This document shows positions 43,134 to 54,658 of a stretch of DNA of 64,000 nt, in pieces (within the stretch, counting starts at the first letter, position 1; every line of letters starts with the position of its first letter). Below the pieces are notes generated by a model. That model saw nothing but the letters and a program-made list of their open reading frames with translations, was not told the origin of the DNA and made no database searches. The translations under genes were made by a program, and so were the position numbers. Source of the DNA: Bdellovibrionales bacterium (GTDB taxonomy: Bacteria > Bdellovibrionota > Bdellovibrionia > Bdellovibrionales > UBA1609); NCBI GenBank assembly GCA_965219095.1, contig CBDCMT010000001.1, forward strand, positions 1,344,001-1,408,000, in the 5' to 3' direction.

Positions 43134-43802
43134 ATGAAAATTATGAATTTTATTAAAATCATAGCAGTTACTTTTTTAGTATCTCTGTCCAGCTTTGCTT
43201 TTGCCATGGATAAAAGTCACTGTAGTGAAGGATTGCCACTTTGCTTAGAAAAAATATCTGATATATCTGAGAGCACTCTTAATGTGGGGAGAATATTTGC
43301 TGAAACTTTTGATGCAGACATTGGATTTTGGAAGAGTATCTTATCTAGTTGTGGTGGTTCTAGTTGTGAAATACATGCTAGTACAAGGCTTTTAAGGAAT
43401 CTAATAGAACAGGGTAATGACGACAAAAAAGGTATGAGTAGTATTAGTTTAATTCTTTCAGACTGGCTTAGAGACGTTGAAAGTTTTGTTAAAGAATGTG
43501 CTAAAAGTCACTGTAATAAAAAATTGCCAAGTTACATAGAACTAATATCTGATACATCTAAGGATATTCTTGACGAGGGCGTATTCTATTCTAAATATAA
43601 TGATATGTACATCTGGCTTTATGAGAAGGCCTTACCTTTTTGTCAGGATAATGGTCTATGTACAATAGTCTATAAACGAAGCACGGTAAGGAATCTGATA
43701 GAATCTACAAGTAATATCAAAGAAGAAAAAATGAGCATATTTCACTTATTATCAGACAATCTTAAAAACATTGAAAGTTTTGTTAGAGAATGTGTTAAAT
43801 AA
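43134..43802 (+). CDS. Secreted two-repeat cysteine-patterned hypervariable protein, paralog 1
   Basis: AGGAG RBS, signal peptide ending AFA, two ~98-aa repeats KSHC..LP..C..C..RNLIE..ESFV.EC. Confidence 0.88.
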   Translation: MKIMNFIKIIAVTFLVSLSSFAFAMDKSHCSEGLPLCLEKISDISESTLNVGRIFAETFDADIGFWKSILSSCGGSSCEIHASTRLLRNLIEQGNDDKKGMSSISLILSDWLRDVESFVKECAKSHCNKKLPSYIELISDTSKDILDEGVFYSKYNDMYIWLYEKALPFCQDNGLCTIVYKRSTVRNLIESTSNIKEEKMSIFHLLSDNLKNIESFVRECVK

Positions 43803-43816
43803 TTCGATTAATTTAC

Positions 43817-43840
43817 GAGCCTGTAAATTACAGGCTTTTA
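43817..43840 (+). terminator. Hairpin AGCCTGTAA/TTACAGGCT + T-run after paralog 1
   Basis: Stem with a short loop followed by TTTT, 15 bp after the stop. Confidence 0.55.
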
Positions 43841-44144
43841 ATTTACCCGAAAAGCCCCCCATGGAATCCATGCAATTCTTTTGAGGGGCTTAATTATACC
43901 AACTACAGAAATTAATTAAGCATTTTTTATTTTCAAATTCAAAATTTTAGAACTGACTTAAAGCTTCAGAGGTTACAAAAAGACGATTCAAGCAGTTCAT
44001 CTAAGGAAAGTTTATAGGCTTTCTGATTTTTATAAAACTTAAGATTTCCATAAACCTGTTGAGAATCTGTTTTGTCTCAGCTTGGCATTACAACTGCGCT
44101 AAGACTTGATTATTGGAAATTGATTGTAAGAGCCAGTTTATGAC

Positions 44145-44789
44145 TCAATGTACTTGATGCAGATGATAAACCATACTAAGAGTACAGGTGTCATAAATAG
44201 CATAGAGGTGTCGTAAATTAATTGACTTATAGGAATTTTGGAGGGTGGCGTTTTGAAAACGTCTATATTCATCATCAGTCATTTTGCAAGAATGATGAAA
44301 CAAATCTTTATATTTTTCAGAAAAATCTCCTCTGTTCAAATAAACCAAATCTTGCCTTATAGAAAATGATTTTCCTGAGTAAATCGTGTTTAAAAAAAAG
44401 TCCATGTTAAAATCTTTTTCTTTTCTTGAAAAATCATAAATGTACTCTGAGGATAATTCCTTTAGGCTTTCACATTTATGAATCATGCATTTTAAAATTA
44501 AATGATTTTTTGCTGCCTCTACAGTATTTCCATATCCTATTTTTTTTTCTGATTGTGTTGCAAACATACTCTTAAATGGAAAAAGCTTTGTAAATTGATC
44601 TACAGGAGTAGCCGTGTATAGAATTTTTTGATCCTTTTCTAGATCATAAACAGACTTTAGAAGAGAGTCTGTATCCTTTAACAGAAAATGCATTAAGATC
44701 TCTCTTTCTCCGTTCTGTTTTCGATATTGAGAGAAACCATTCAGTTCGAAAAAAAACATGATTAAGACAAAAAATATATATTTTTTCAT
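44145..44789 (-). CDS. Secreted hypothetical protein (copy 1)
   Basis: Signal peptide; protein identical to 56459-57103. Confidence 0.85.
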   Translation of the reverse strand: MKKYIFFVLIMFFFELNGFSQYRKQNGEREILMHFLLKDTDSLLKSVYDLEKDQKILYTATPVDQFTKLFPFKSMFATQSEKKIGYGNTVEAAKNHLILKCMIHKCESLKELSSEYIYDFSRKEKDFNMDFFLNTIYSGKSFSIRQDLVYLNRGDFSEKYKDLFHHSCKMTDDEYRRFQNATLQNSYKSINLRHLYAIYDTCTLSMVYHLHQVH

Positions 44790-44811
44790 AAATTACCATC
44801 CCCCTGAAAGT

Positions 44812-45945
44812 CTAGGCCTCGCCCCCCCCATACAAAATTTTTGATGTAGAAAAAAAGGCCCCTAATTGTATTTTGGATATTTGACGACAAAGATCACTCC
44901 ATCCATCTTTAAGGTTTACTTCTTTTAGCAATTCAAGGTTTTCTTGTGTTCGAGATTCAGCCTCCCTACACGTTAAAGGAGCGCTAGGAGGATTCCATTT
45001 ATAGAGAATGTGATTTTGAGTCACTTCATTATAAAGTAATTTGAAGTCTAAAAGAGCTCCGTTACCAAGAAGACCGTTCCATATGGCTAGAGAAAAAGGT
45101 TTTATTTTTTTTATAATTTCATCTATTTTTTTAACACAAGATGTTTCTTGTAAAAAACTTAAAGTTTCTTTTGAGTAAAAATAAGAAACATCTTTGTCAA
45201 TCATATCAGAAATTTCATTAATGATATTCCACTCAAGCTGAAAAGCTCTTAAGCTAGAAAAAGCGGACTGAAGAACAGGAGAGCCTAATAAAGGATCAAA
45301 TTTTTTCAGTTGATTATAATGGGGAGATGTTATTTTATCTGCAAAATGGGATTGATATTGAAAACCAGCATCTAATTGTATGGATAATTCGTGGACTAAA
45401 ATGGGAATTAACCTTTTTTCAGAGAAACTACTTTCATATAAAATGATTTCTCCTGTATGAGACCAAGAATCAAAAATATAAGAACTCTCTGAAAGGAAAT
45501 CTTCATTATTTATATAAAAATATTTCATCTTTTCATAAGTTGGAAAAAAAGTTGTTTTGTTAGATTGTAGTTTTACCTCAATAGGAAAGAAAGGTTTATA
45601 GGCCTTCTTTTTTGGAAGGGGTGCCTCTTCGCAGCCTAATAAAATATTAGAAATGTCGGACTCACCTAATCCTAAATAGATGTTGGCTATTTTTTTATCA
45701 CATAACAAAGTTTGACGAAGCATATAGTAGAGAGCTGTAGGGGTTGAAAGTATTGTCTTATAGGCAGAAAGTATTTTTTTATAATTTTCACTGCCCCTTT
45801 CAATTTCTCTCTTTTTTTCATGACTATGAAAAGAAATTCCATGAATCTTTTGACAACTATGCCGCCCTGTTTCAACAGAAGCGGCCTCCCTATTAAAAAA
45901 AGAAAAAAGCAGAACAAAAATAAATAAAAATTGAAAAGACGTCAT
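44812..45945 (-). CDS. Secreted hypothetical protein with HEL motif (copy 1, C-terminus shifted at G8)
   Basis: Signal peptide, ILVHELS, near-identical to 57107-58258. Confidence 0.85.
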   Translation of the reverse strand: MTSFQFLFIFVLLFSFFNREAASVETGRHSCQKIHGISFHSHEKKREIERGSENYKKILSAYKTILSTPTALYYMLRQTLLCDKKIANIYLGLGESDISNILLGCEEAPLPKKKAYKPFFPIEVKLQSNKTTFFPTYEKMKYFYINNEDFLSESSYIFDSWSHTGEIILYESSFSEKRLIPILVHELSIQLDAGFQYQSHFADKITSPHYNQLKKFDPLLGSPVLQSAFSSLRAFQLEWNIINEISDMIDKDVSYFYSKETLSFLQETSCVKKIDEIIKKIKPFSLAIWNGLLGNGALLDFKLLYNEVTQNHILYKWNPPSAPLTCREAESRTQENLELLKEVNLKDGWSDLCRQISKIQLGAFFSTSKILYGGGEA

Positions 45946-47312
45946 TTAACTCCTAATTTTATATGTTGGTTTTTTGATATTTTTATTTTCTGAACTTTGA
46001 AAACAGACTCCTCTCTTAAAGTTAATCCATAAATTCTTTTGTTTAATCTCTTAAAAAGGATTCTTGTTTTATCAATGGCCATAAAGCTAAGGGATTCGTT
46101 ATAGAGCAATTGGATCACTTCTTCCATTGAACAAGAGGTTTTTTCAGAAAAAATTTGAAAAACTTTTTCTACAACTTCAATGTTTTTTAAAAATACTTTT
46201 TGGTCTTTGAACACAAGACTTCCATCTCTCTTATGGACATAAATATAAAGCTCATCTAAGGGAATTTGTAAGTCAAGTTTTTTCCTCCAAAGATTTCTTG
46301 TTTTTTGAGAAAACTTATATAGAAGTAAATTTACAAAGTCTAACAAGGAGTCCTTGTTCTGAGCTCTTCTTAGAGATAGTACAGAAACTTTTAAAACCTC
46401 GGAAAAAATCATTTTGTTCTTTAGCTCCACAACTTCTCTAAGAGATAAGCTGTAATTTTTATTCTCAAGAAAATTAAGAAGAATTTTTTCATACAAAGTT
46501 AAAAATTCACTTTTCAGTATAGGCTTAATTGTCTTTAGATCTATGGGCTTATCATGGATCAAACAATGTTCAATGAATTCTGTCAGAAACAAATTGATAT
46601 CTGTTGGGTTTTTTATTTTACTGCTTTTCAAGACATTAAAAAGTCTTGCCTCTGCAAGACTTTGTTTTTTCACTCTCAACTCAGCTAAGAATAGAGCATG
46701 CTGTGTTTCAATGAATAAGGAATGATCACCCCCTATATCCGAATACTCTAATAAATTGAAATAAGCAGAGTTAATGTCTTGGGTCGTTCCACAAACGGAC
46801 TCTATTCTTAAAATTTGCGATAAGCAAAGAAGAACATCTTCTGTTTTTTGTCCTTTAAATATTTTCAAAAGATGTTTATAACTTTTTAAAGCTTCATAAA
46901 TATACCCATCAAGTTCTAGGAATTTGTTAATGTTGATCCTTGTTCTAAAAACAGTTCTTGGTTCTAAAAGAAAATGGTTTTTTCTAAGGTATTCTTCTAT
47001 CTTCTTCCATTTTTTTCTCCAACTTGAAAAATCTGACATTAAAAGGAATAAATTAGCCTCTTCACACAGCATTTTTACATGAGGAGGATGCCTTTCCTTG
47101 TGACCTTTTATAACCTCTAAAGCTTTTTCATATTTACCTTGAAGTAAAAAGTTTTTAGATTTTAAAAAATTTTTTTCACTCATGAGCTCATGATTTAAGC
47201 CTTCATCTTGAATGGTGTTGATGATGTTTCTATTTTTCTCAAAATCAGAATCTTCCAAAGCTTTATAAGCAGTTTGGAGTTTTTTTACTAAGCTCTTATT
47301 ATTGATATTCAT
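45942..47312 (-). CDS. TPR-like + C-terminal winged-helix putative transcription regulator
   Basis: Helical repeats (GKYEKALEV, GYIYEALKSY); C-terminus resembles OmpR-type wHTH (SMEEVIQLLY...TRILFKRLNKRI). Confidence 0.7.
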   Translation of the reverse strand: MNINNKSLVKKLQTAYKALEDSDFEKNRNIINTIQDEGLNHELMSEKNFLKSKNFLLQGKYEKALEVIKGHKERHPPHVKMLCEEANLFLLMSDFSSWRKKWKKIEEYLRKNHFLLEPRTVFRTRININKFLELDGYIYEALKSYKHLLKIFKGQKTEDVLLCLSQILRIESVCGTTQDINSAYFNLLEYSDIGGDHSLFIETQHALFLAELRVKKQSLAEARLFNVLKSSKIKNPTDINLFLTEFIEHCLIHDKPIDLKTIKPILKSEFLTLYEKILLNFLENKNYSLSLREVVELKNKMIFSEVLKVSVLSLRRAQNKDSLLDFVNLLLYKFSQKTRNLWRKKLDLQIPLDELYIYVHKRDGSLVFKDQKVFLKNIEVVEKVFQIFSEKTSCSMEEVIQLLYNESLSFMAIDKTRILFKRLNKRIYGLTLREESVFKVQKIKISKNQHIKLGVK

Positions 47313-47518
47313 CTTTGTATGCCTTCTTCTGAAATTCCTTCTCTGAATAAATCGTCTTAAATCTTATTTCCCTAAAACACAGTCAATTTTATCTAGGCCC
47401 GCAAACACCCTTCTATTCTAGCTTATCTTAGAGGATGTCCGTAATCCCGTTAGGGTTTCAGAAGGGACTTTTTCATAATTAAGCTATCTCCATTTGTTTT
47501 TCAAGGGTTATTTTATTT

Positions 47519-49911
47519 GCATCCTCGAAAGAATCTGTGGGTTCCCGGAGGTTCTGGCAGTTTTCCAAGGTTATGATATAAGGCGATTTTTATAGCTTTA
47601 GAGGTTCTAAAGCCGTAAGATTTTCTCATAGTGAGTTTTACTTTGTTGTTTAAACCCTCTACAATCCCTGAGGAGAAGGTTTTTTTAGCCTTGAAGTAAT
47701 TAAGAATAAGTAGCTTATGTCTTTGTATGGTTTTTGCTTTTCTTTTCATAGGTTCAATTTTTGAAAGCATGACTCGTCTCGTCCAACTGTCTATAAATTT
47801 ACCAGCCCAAGTTGGTGGAACATAGGTCCATAACTGTCGGAAGTCTTCTTTTAAAAAATAACAGCGGATACTTTTTAAATTGTACTGTATTAAATGCCTT
47901 AATTTTACTTTTTCATAAGATTTTAAATTTTCTGCATTTTTTAACAAGGGCCATCTAGCTTTTGTTAAAAGGGGTTCATACCCGTCTTCTTTCATTTTTT
48001 TGTGTTCTGAAGCTCTCACTTCATCTAAAGCCTTATTGAGTCTTGCTACGATATGAAACCGATCTAATATGTGTAAAGCTCCACTTGCCCTCTCCTTTAT
48101 GACTTTTAAATAAGGCTTCCACATATCAGAACACACAAACCGTATATCTTTTGACTTCTCTCCTAGGGCGTGTCCTCATTTGCCTAGACCTTTTTCAAGA
48201 CCTTAGGCCTGTTGAATATTTATAAAGATTGTAAAAAGCTCATAACAAAGGGGGTATTTATGTTAAGAAAAGTTTTAACAGATTCTATGTGAAAGGATCT
48301 GGAAGCTATTATAAGAGGGAAGGGCTGTTATCATTCAGCAAACAATAGAAATATTATGGAAGCCATTTTATGGAAATTACGTACAGGCAGTCCGTGGCGT
48401 GACATTCCTGAACAGTTCTGTCCTTGGAAGAGAGCATATAATCGCTTTAATAGGTGGGCACAAAAAGGGTTATGGAATGATTTTTTTTTGCTTTACAAGA
48501 AGAAGTTGATACAGAGTGGGTGTCCATCGACGGAAGTTACGTATCGGTTCATCAGCATGCTAGTGGAGCTCGGCGTGGAGAAAGTCGTGCTGTGGGAAAA
48601 TCTAGAGGTGGATCCACAACAAAAATACACATGGCCTCCGATGCGCATGGAAATCCACTCTGTTTTAAAATCACTGGGGGTGAAGTCCACGACAGTCAAG
48701 TTGCAGGTGATTTAATTGATGAGTTTCATAGTGAGTATTTGATTGCTGATAAGGCCTATGATTCAGATGAGATACGAGATAAAGCTCATAGTAAGAAGAT
48801 AAAGCCTGTAATACCGAGACGAAAAAATAGCAAAAAGAAAAATAAAGATTTTGATCGTCATATTTATAAATCTCGACATCAGATAGAAAACCTTTTTGCT
48901 CGTCTTAAACATTTTAGAGGCATTGCTACTCGATTTGAAAAGCTTGCTAGAAATTTCAAAGCTATACTATCTATAGCGTGTATGTTTATTTGGCTTAAAC
49001 TTCAAAGCAAAGGTCCAGTCAAATGAGGACACGCCCTAGTAAATCAAAGAATTTTCTAAAACTCTTTTCTGTTCTTTTCTCTCCTATCCACAACAAGCGT
49101 ACACGGGTTTTGCTTATTTCATAGACTAAGGTGAGATACTGATGGTTCTTTTTCCATTGTATTTCATCTACACCTATAGCTTGTATTCCCTTTAAAACCC
49201 TTTGTTTTAAACCATATTCTACGACCCATTCTACCGAAGCATAGACCTGATTCCAACTGACATGAAACTTACAAGAAACCTCTTTCCAAGACAGGTGACG
49301 ACACCAGTCTGCTAAGTACTTCATGTAAAAGATCGTTAAACTCTTCTTACCATCGGCCCAAGGTAAATGTTCAACTTTTACCCCACAGCAAGGACAATTG
49401 ACTCTTCTTACAGCATAAACAAAGAACACCCTGTAACTTAAAATAGGAAGGGATTCAAAGTCCCGTGATGATTTACTGCTGTCATACACTGAACAGGGCT
49501 TCTTACAAACACTACAAAAAGCTTGGCCATTTTTACGAGCCTTAATAGGAACATTAATTGACTTTCTATCTTTTGAAAAATAAATGTCTTCGTACACAAA
49601 AGACTTCCATCTTAAACAATCATTTAGTATAGTCTTCAAAAGCATCTCTTCCCTCCTTTTTTTTTTTTTTGAATAACATTTTAAGGCATCTGGGAAGTAG
49701 GTGCTTCTTTTTTAAAATTTTAATGTAACACAGCAAATAAAAGCAAATAAAATGAATGTTTTTGAGTTCAATCACCGGAGGTGATAGAGGCCAGTAAGGG
49801 CCTCAAAGAACTCAAAAATACAAGATAGGATGTCTTACTCTTACTTTGATTAATATGAGCCTTTTTGGGGGATTTCTACTACTTTTCACCCACAGATTCC
49901 CGGGAGGAGCC
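47519..49911 (-). mobile_element. ISL3 nested in IS256, split by IS5
   Basis: IRs, 8-bp TSD TTTTATTT. Confidence 0.93.
48166..49036 (+). mobile_element. IS5-family (IS427-like, two-ORF) IS
   Basis: IR GGGCGTGTCCTCATTTG, inserted at CTAG with TA duplicated; WRDIP, SRGGSTTKIH, ADKAYD, YKSRHQIE; early TGA at 48290. Confidence 0.92.
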
Positions 49912-51649
49912 TTTTATTTATTTCTTCTATAAATAGAGGGATTTGTTTATGTCCCCTGATAGTGCGAAATTTTTTCTCGACATGTAACAAGGAAGCTGCG
50001 ACCCATAAGGAGATTTGTCGAGGATTTTTTTTCCAATTCTTCACTCTTCCTGTTTGTTGACGAACGATAGAGAAGGCACTTTCTATTGGGTTCGTAGAGC
50101 TTAAAGTCTTTCGTAAAAGAGGAGGAGTTTTTAAACGAAGGACTGTCAATGTTTCTAAATGGGCTTCTTTAAGACTTTCTGAAGCTTCAGAGCTTATTTT
50201 TTTAAGCCACTTCAGAAGACTATCATGTTCTTTTTTAGCACTTTCATAATCTTCCAATCCATGAAGTTTTTTCCAACGTCTTTTAAACTCTAAGTGCTTT
50301 TCTTTGGGAAGATAGGAGAGGATATTCCTCTCCTTATGATGAATGCATCTTTGAACCAAAGAGTTCTGTCCAAAAACATCATTGATGGATTTGCGAAGAG
50401 CTTTGCTTCCGTCAGTCACAAACAGTTTTTTGCTATCTTGTGGAAGACCACGTTCTATAAGATTTTGCAAGAGGTCTGTCACGATGACAGCGTTCTCTGT
50501 AGAGCCTTCTCTGAGACCTAAAATCATCTTTTTTCCTTCACTTGTAATTCCAAGAACGCAAATCACTGTTCTTTTTGAAAATTCAATGCCGTCAATCATT
50601 AAAGCCACGAAACTTTCTTGTGAAAGATTCCGAGACTGAATGGCTTCCAAAGACTTTTGACAACTCATCTTGAAAGCTTTACTGACAGAGGATTTTTTTA
50701 AACCTAAGCCGTCTTCCAACTTCCTTTGTAAAGGCTCATAGTTTCTGGTGCTGACTCCTCATAGCCCTCATTACATCTTCACAGAGAAGATCAAAGCTCT
50801 GGAGAACTGTATAACTCTCCAGAGGAACTTCCTCTTTGTTTTTTCTAAGACGAGGACGTTGAACTCTTATCCTCTGTCCTTGAAGAATAACAGATCCTTT
50901 TCCACTTCCTCCTCTGTGACAGAGACCCTCTGACTTTTTGTGGGAAAAGGGCTTTCCGCAGAGTCTTTTTACTTCCTCTTGGAAAAGATCATGGACTAAT
51001 TTCAGCGTTGCTCCTTCAAGCTGCATAGCAATAAGCTGGCGAATCTTCTCATGTTTATTTTTTACCATTTGTAACTGGGATTGATATTGTGTATCTTTCA
51101 TTTGGGGCTCCTTTTTGGTTTGTTTATAATACCCTGAGTTTAGCTCAGGGGAGCCCCTTCTTCAAACCCTAACGACTTTACGGACAATCTCTTATCTTAT
51201 CTACTTAAAGAGAGCCTAAAATCTAATGATTAGGTTTATATCATAAGTTATAGGCTGTGTCAAAAAAATTATTTTTTCCTGAGCTTGAACGATTGAACAA
51301 CCTTTTGCAGGAAACGGACTGTTATATGACAACTTATGTGACAACTTAGATTTTTTAACTCAATGGGTCATCAAGGTCAATTCATTGTTATTTTTACAAT
51401 TCTTTTTGAAAATTATATGTCTACTTCTGTCCACTTCTGTTCACCTCAATATGTTTTAAAAGCGTCTATCAAAAAGTATAACTACTTCAAGAAGGGAGGA
51501 GAATGGTTCTTAAATAACTGAAGCCAAAAGATAGGGATAAGAGTTCTTTCCCCTAAGTAAATAGAACTCAAATGAATTAAATAAATTAAATAACAGAAGG
51601 ATGTTAACTTTTTAAGTTTCACATCTTTCATAGAACATAGGAGAAAAAT

Positions 51650-52324
51650 ATGAAAATTATGAATTTTATTAAAATCACAACAGTTACTTTTTTAGTATCT
51701 CTGTCCAGCTTTGCTTTTGCCATGGATAAAAATTACTGTAGTGAAGGATTGCCACTTTGCTTAGAAGAAATATCTTATATATCTAAGCAGTTTCTTCAAC
51801 TAAGAAAATCAAATTCTAAAGAGTATGATGCAGACATTAGATTTTGGAAGAATCTCTTATCTATTTGTGATGGTTCTACATGTACAATAGATGTTAATAG
51901 AAGGACTTTTAGGAATCTGATAGAAGTTAGCAATGACTCAAAAGAAGCTACAAGTAGTATTGTTTTAAAGCTTTCAAACCGGCTTAGAGACGTTAAAAGT
52001 TTTGTTAGAGAATGTGTTATAAATAAAAGTCACTGTAATAAAAAATTGCCAAGTTACATAGAACTAATACATTCAGTATCTGAAGAGGTTCTTATTATAG
52101 TAGGCAGATCCCATTCTAAATATACGGATTCAAGAATCAGTAGTTATGAGAGGGTCTTATCTTTGTGTGGTGCACCTCGATGTAGAGTAACTTATAACCT
52201 AAGTGTGGTAAGGAATCTAATAGAAATTACAAGTGACTTCAAAAAGGCTCTAAATGAGTATGATTTATATTTCTCAAAAACTCTTAAAAACATTGAAAGT
52301 TTTGTTAGAGAATGTGTTAAGTAA
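51650..52324 (+). CDS. Secreted two-repeat cysteine-patterned hypervariable protein, paralog 2
   Basis: Same signal peptide, framework and cysteine pattern as 43134-43802. Confidence 0.88.
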   Translation: MKIMNFIKITTVTFLVSLSSFAFAMDKNYCSEGLPLCLEEISYISKQFLQLRKSNSKEYDADIRFWKNLLSICDGSTCTIDVNRRTFRNLIEVSNDSKEATSSIVLKLSNRLRDVKSFVRECVINKSHCNKKLPSYIELIHSVSEEVLIIVGRSHSKYTDSRISSYERVLSLCGAPRCRVTYNLSVVRNLIEITSDFKKALNEYDLYFSKTLKNIESFVRECVK

Positions 52325-52466
52325 TTCGATTAATTTACCCACAGAGCCCCCCTGGAATCCATGCAATTCTTTTGAGGGGCTTAATTATACCAACTACAGA
52401 AATTAATTCAATATTTTTTATTTTCAAATTCAAAATGTTTAGAATTAACTTAAAGCTTTTAGATTG

Positions 52467-52615
52467 TAAAAATTTTTTTCACTCATGAACTCATGATTTA
52501 AGCCTTCATCTTGAATGGTGTTGATGATATTTCTATTTTTCTTAAAATCAGCATCTTCCAAAGCTTTATAAGCAGTTTGGAGTTTTTTTGCTAAGCTCTT
52601 ATTATTGATATTCAT
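52467..52615 (-). pseudogene. N-terminal fragment of the TPR-wHTH regulator
   Basis: MNINNNKSLAKKLQTAYKALEDADF..., upstream region matches 47313-47430. Confidence 0.85.
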
Positions 52616-52783
52616 CTTTGTATGCTTTCTTCTGAAATTCCTTTCTGATAAATCGTCTTAAATCTGATTTCCCTAAAACACAGTCAATTTTATCTAGGCC
52701 TGCAAACACCCTTCTATTCTAGCTTATTTTATCTCTTAAAAGAGCCTAAAATCTAATGAAATGATAAGGGTTACATCATAAGT

Positions 52784-54349
52784 TAGTCGAACGTGAAAAA
52801 TGCACAAACAGCTAAAAACACTTGTTTTTTTGTAATTTTTGCATAAAAATAATTGCAAGGAAGTGGAAAAACAGATAAAAAACCTTGCAAAACAGAAAGG
52901 AAAAAAGATGAGGCCAAAAGACATGTTCAGCACACAAAAGAGAAGCCCTCTTAATTTTAGAGTAAACGACATTGTTCATAAGAAGCATCCGCTTGTCATT
53001 TTAGCTAATAAAATAGACTGGGATCGTTTTGATAAAGATTTTGGTTCGAAGTATGATGAAAAAAAAGGTCGTCCAGGTCTTTCAACTCGTTTAATGGTGG
53101 GACTTCAGTGCTTGAAATACATTTATAATTTAAGTGACGAGAAGACAATAGAAATGTTCAAAGAGAGTCCTCAATGGCAGTATTTTTGTGGTCAGCCTTT
53201 TTATTCTTATGAAGATCCCTGTGATAGAAGTTCATTGACTAACTGGAGAAAGAGGATGGGGGCTGAGAAGATAGAAGTTCTCTTAGAGGAAACCATTGAT
53301 TTAGCTTTGAGAGAGGATTTTGTAAAAAAAAAAGAGTTTGAGAATGTAGTTGTTGATACAACTGTTCAAGAGAAAGCAATAGCTTTTCCTACAGACAGCC
53401 GTCTTTATTACAAAGCTTTAAAGACTTTAGTTCACAGGGCTAAAAAAGAGGGTTTAGTTTTACGTCAAAGCTATAAAAGAAAGGCCAAGGAGTGTTTGTT
53501 TAAGAATGCTCGTTATGCTCATACAAGAAAAATACGTTTAGCAAGAAAACAGCAAAGAAAGCTTCATACTTATCTAGGTCGTGTGATAAGAGATGTTACA
53601 AGAAAAGGAGGTCCTAAGTTCTTGGAAGAGAATACATCTTTAAAAAGATGTTTATCTTTATGTGTAAGAATTTATAACCAAAAAAGAGGGGATAAGAACA
53701 AGGTGTATAGTGTTCATGCTCCTGAGGTTTATTGCATAGGGAAGGGCAAAGCCCATAAAAAATATGAATTTGGCAATAAGGTGAGTGTGGCAACTTCATC
53801 AAAAAATTGCTGGGTTTTAGGGGTAAAGTCATTTGAAAAAAATGTATCAGATGTTCACAGTTTAAAGCCAGCCTTATCTCAAGTTGAATCCTTAACAAAG
53901 GTTAAGGCAAAAAATTTGTATGTAGATAAAGGTTATCGTGGCAAAGAGCATCATCCTTCGGGAGTTAATGTTCATATTGGGGGAATGAGTAAAACATTAA
54001 GTCCCTACAAAAGAAAACTTCACAGAAGAAGAAGTTCAGTTGAGGCAATCATTGGTCATATGAAAATAGATTCTCGTATGGGAAGGAACTTTTTATTAGG
54101 ATCACAAGGGGATGCTATTAATAGTCTTTTATCAGGAGTTTCTCAAAATTTTAGAAAGTTAATGCTAGAGGTGCGTCTTTTTTCGTTTTTTTCACTGAAA
54201 TGGCTTAAAAGGCCTGTACGCCTTCTTGAAAACTACTGTTTTGTTTAAGTTATGAAAAAATATTTAACCCTCTATAGTAGAAAGTAACAGGAATAAAGAT
54301 CATACAGCATAAAAATCCTAGGCTTTTGTCAATTTTTCACGTTCGACTA
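52784..54349 (+). mobile_element. Complete IS5-family IS (transposase about 52908-54248)
   Basis: IR (TA)GTCGAACGTGAAAAAT, flanking duplication within TAAGTTA; VDTTVQEK, KGKAHKKYEFG, VDKGY, VEAIIGHMK. Confidence 0.95.
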
Positions 54350-54658
54350 AGTTATAGGCTGTGTCAAAAAAATGATTTTTTCCTGAGCTTGAACGATTGA
54401 ACAACCTTTTGCAGGAAACGGACTGTTATATGACAACTTATGTGACAACTTAGATTTTTTAACTCAATGGGTCATCAAGGTCAATTCATTGTTATTTTTA
54501 CAATTCTTTTTGAAAAATTTATATGTCCACTTTAGTACACTTCAGTCTGTTTTAAAAGTGATCTCATTTGATTATGTTTGTGCTGGAATGTGTATACAAA
54601 TCAAAATGTGTAATGCAAATCACACATCATTTATAAAAACAAAAAAAAGAGAATAAAA

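Larger units (their letters stand above)
47431..51191 (-). mobile_element. IS256-family IS (frameshifted transposase 50736-51101 + 49886-50719) inserted in the cassette intergenic region
   Basis: IRs GAGGATGTCCGTAA/TTACGGACAATCTC, 8-bp TSD TTATCTTA; LMIDG, TDG, QRC..HKERN, STNPIES. Confidence 0.92.

Noticed and set aside
44812..45945. Zinc metalloprotease call
   Set aside because: HELSI lacks the second His of HExxH; insufficient support
43134..52324. Diversity-generating retroelement as the source of paralog variation
   Set aside because: Changes are not adenine-restricted, synonymous A positions are unchanged, there are in-frame indels, and no reverse transcriptase or template repeat is in the window
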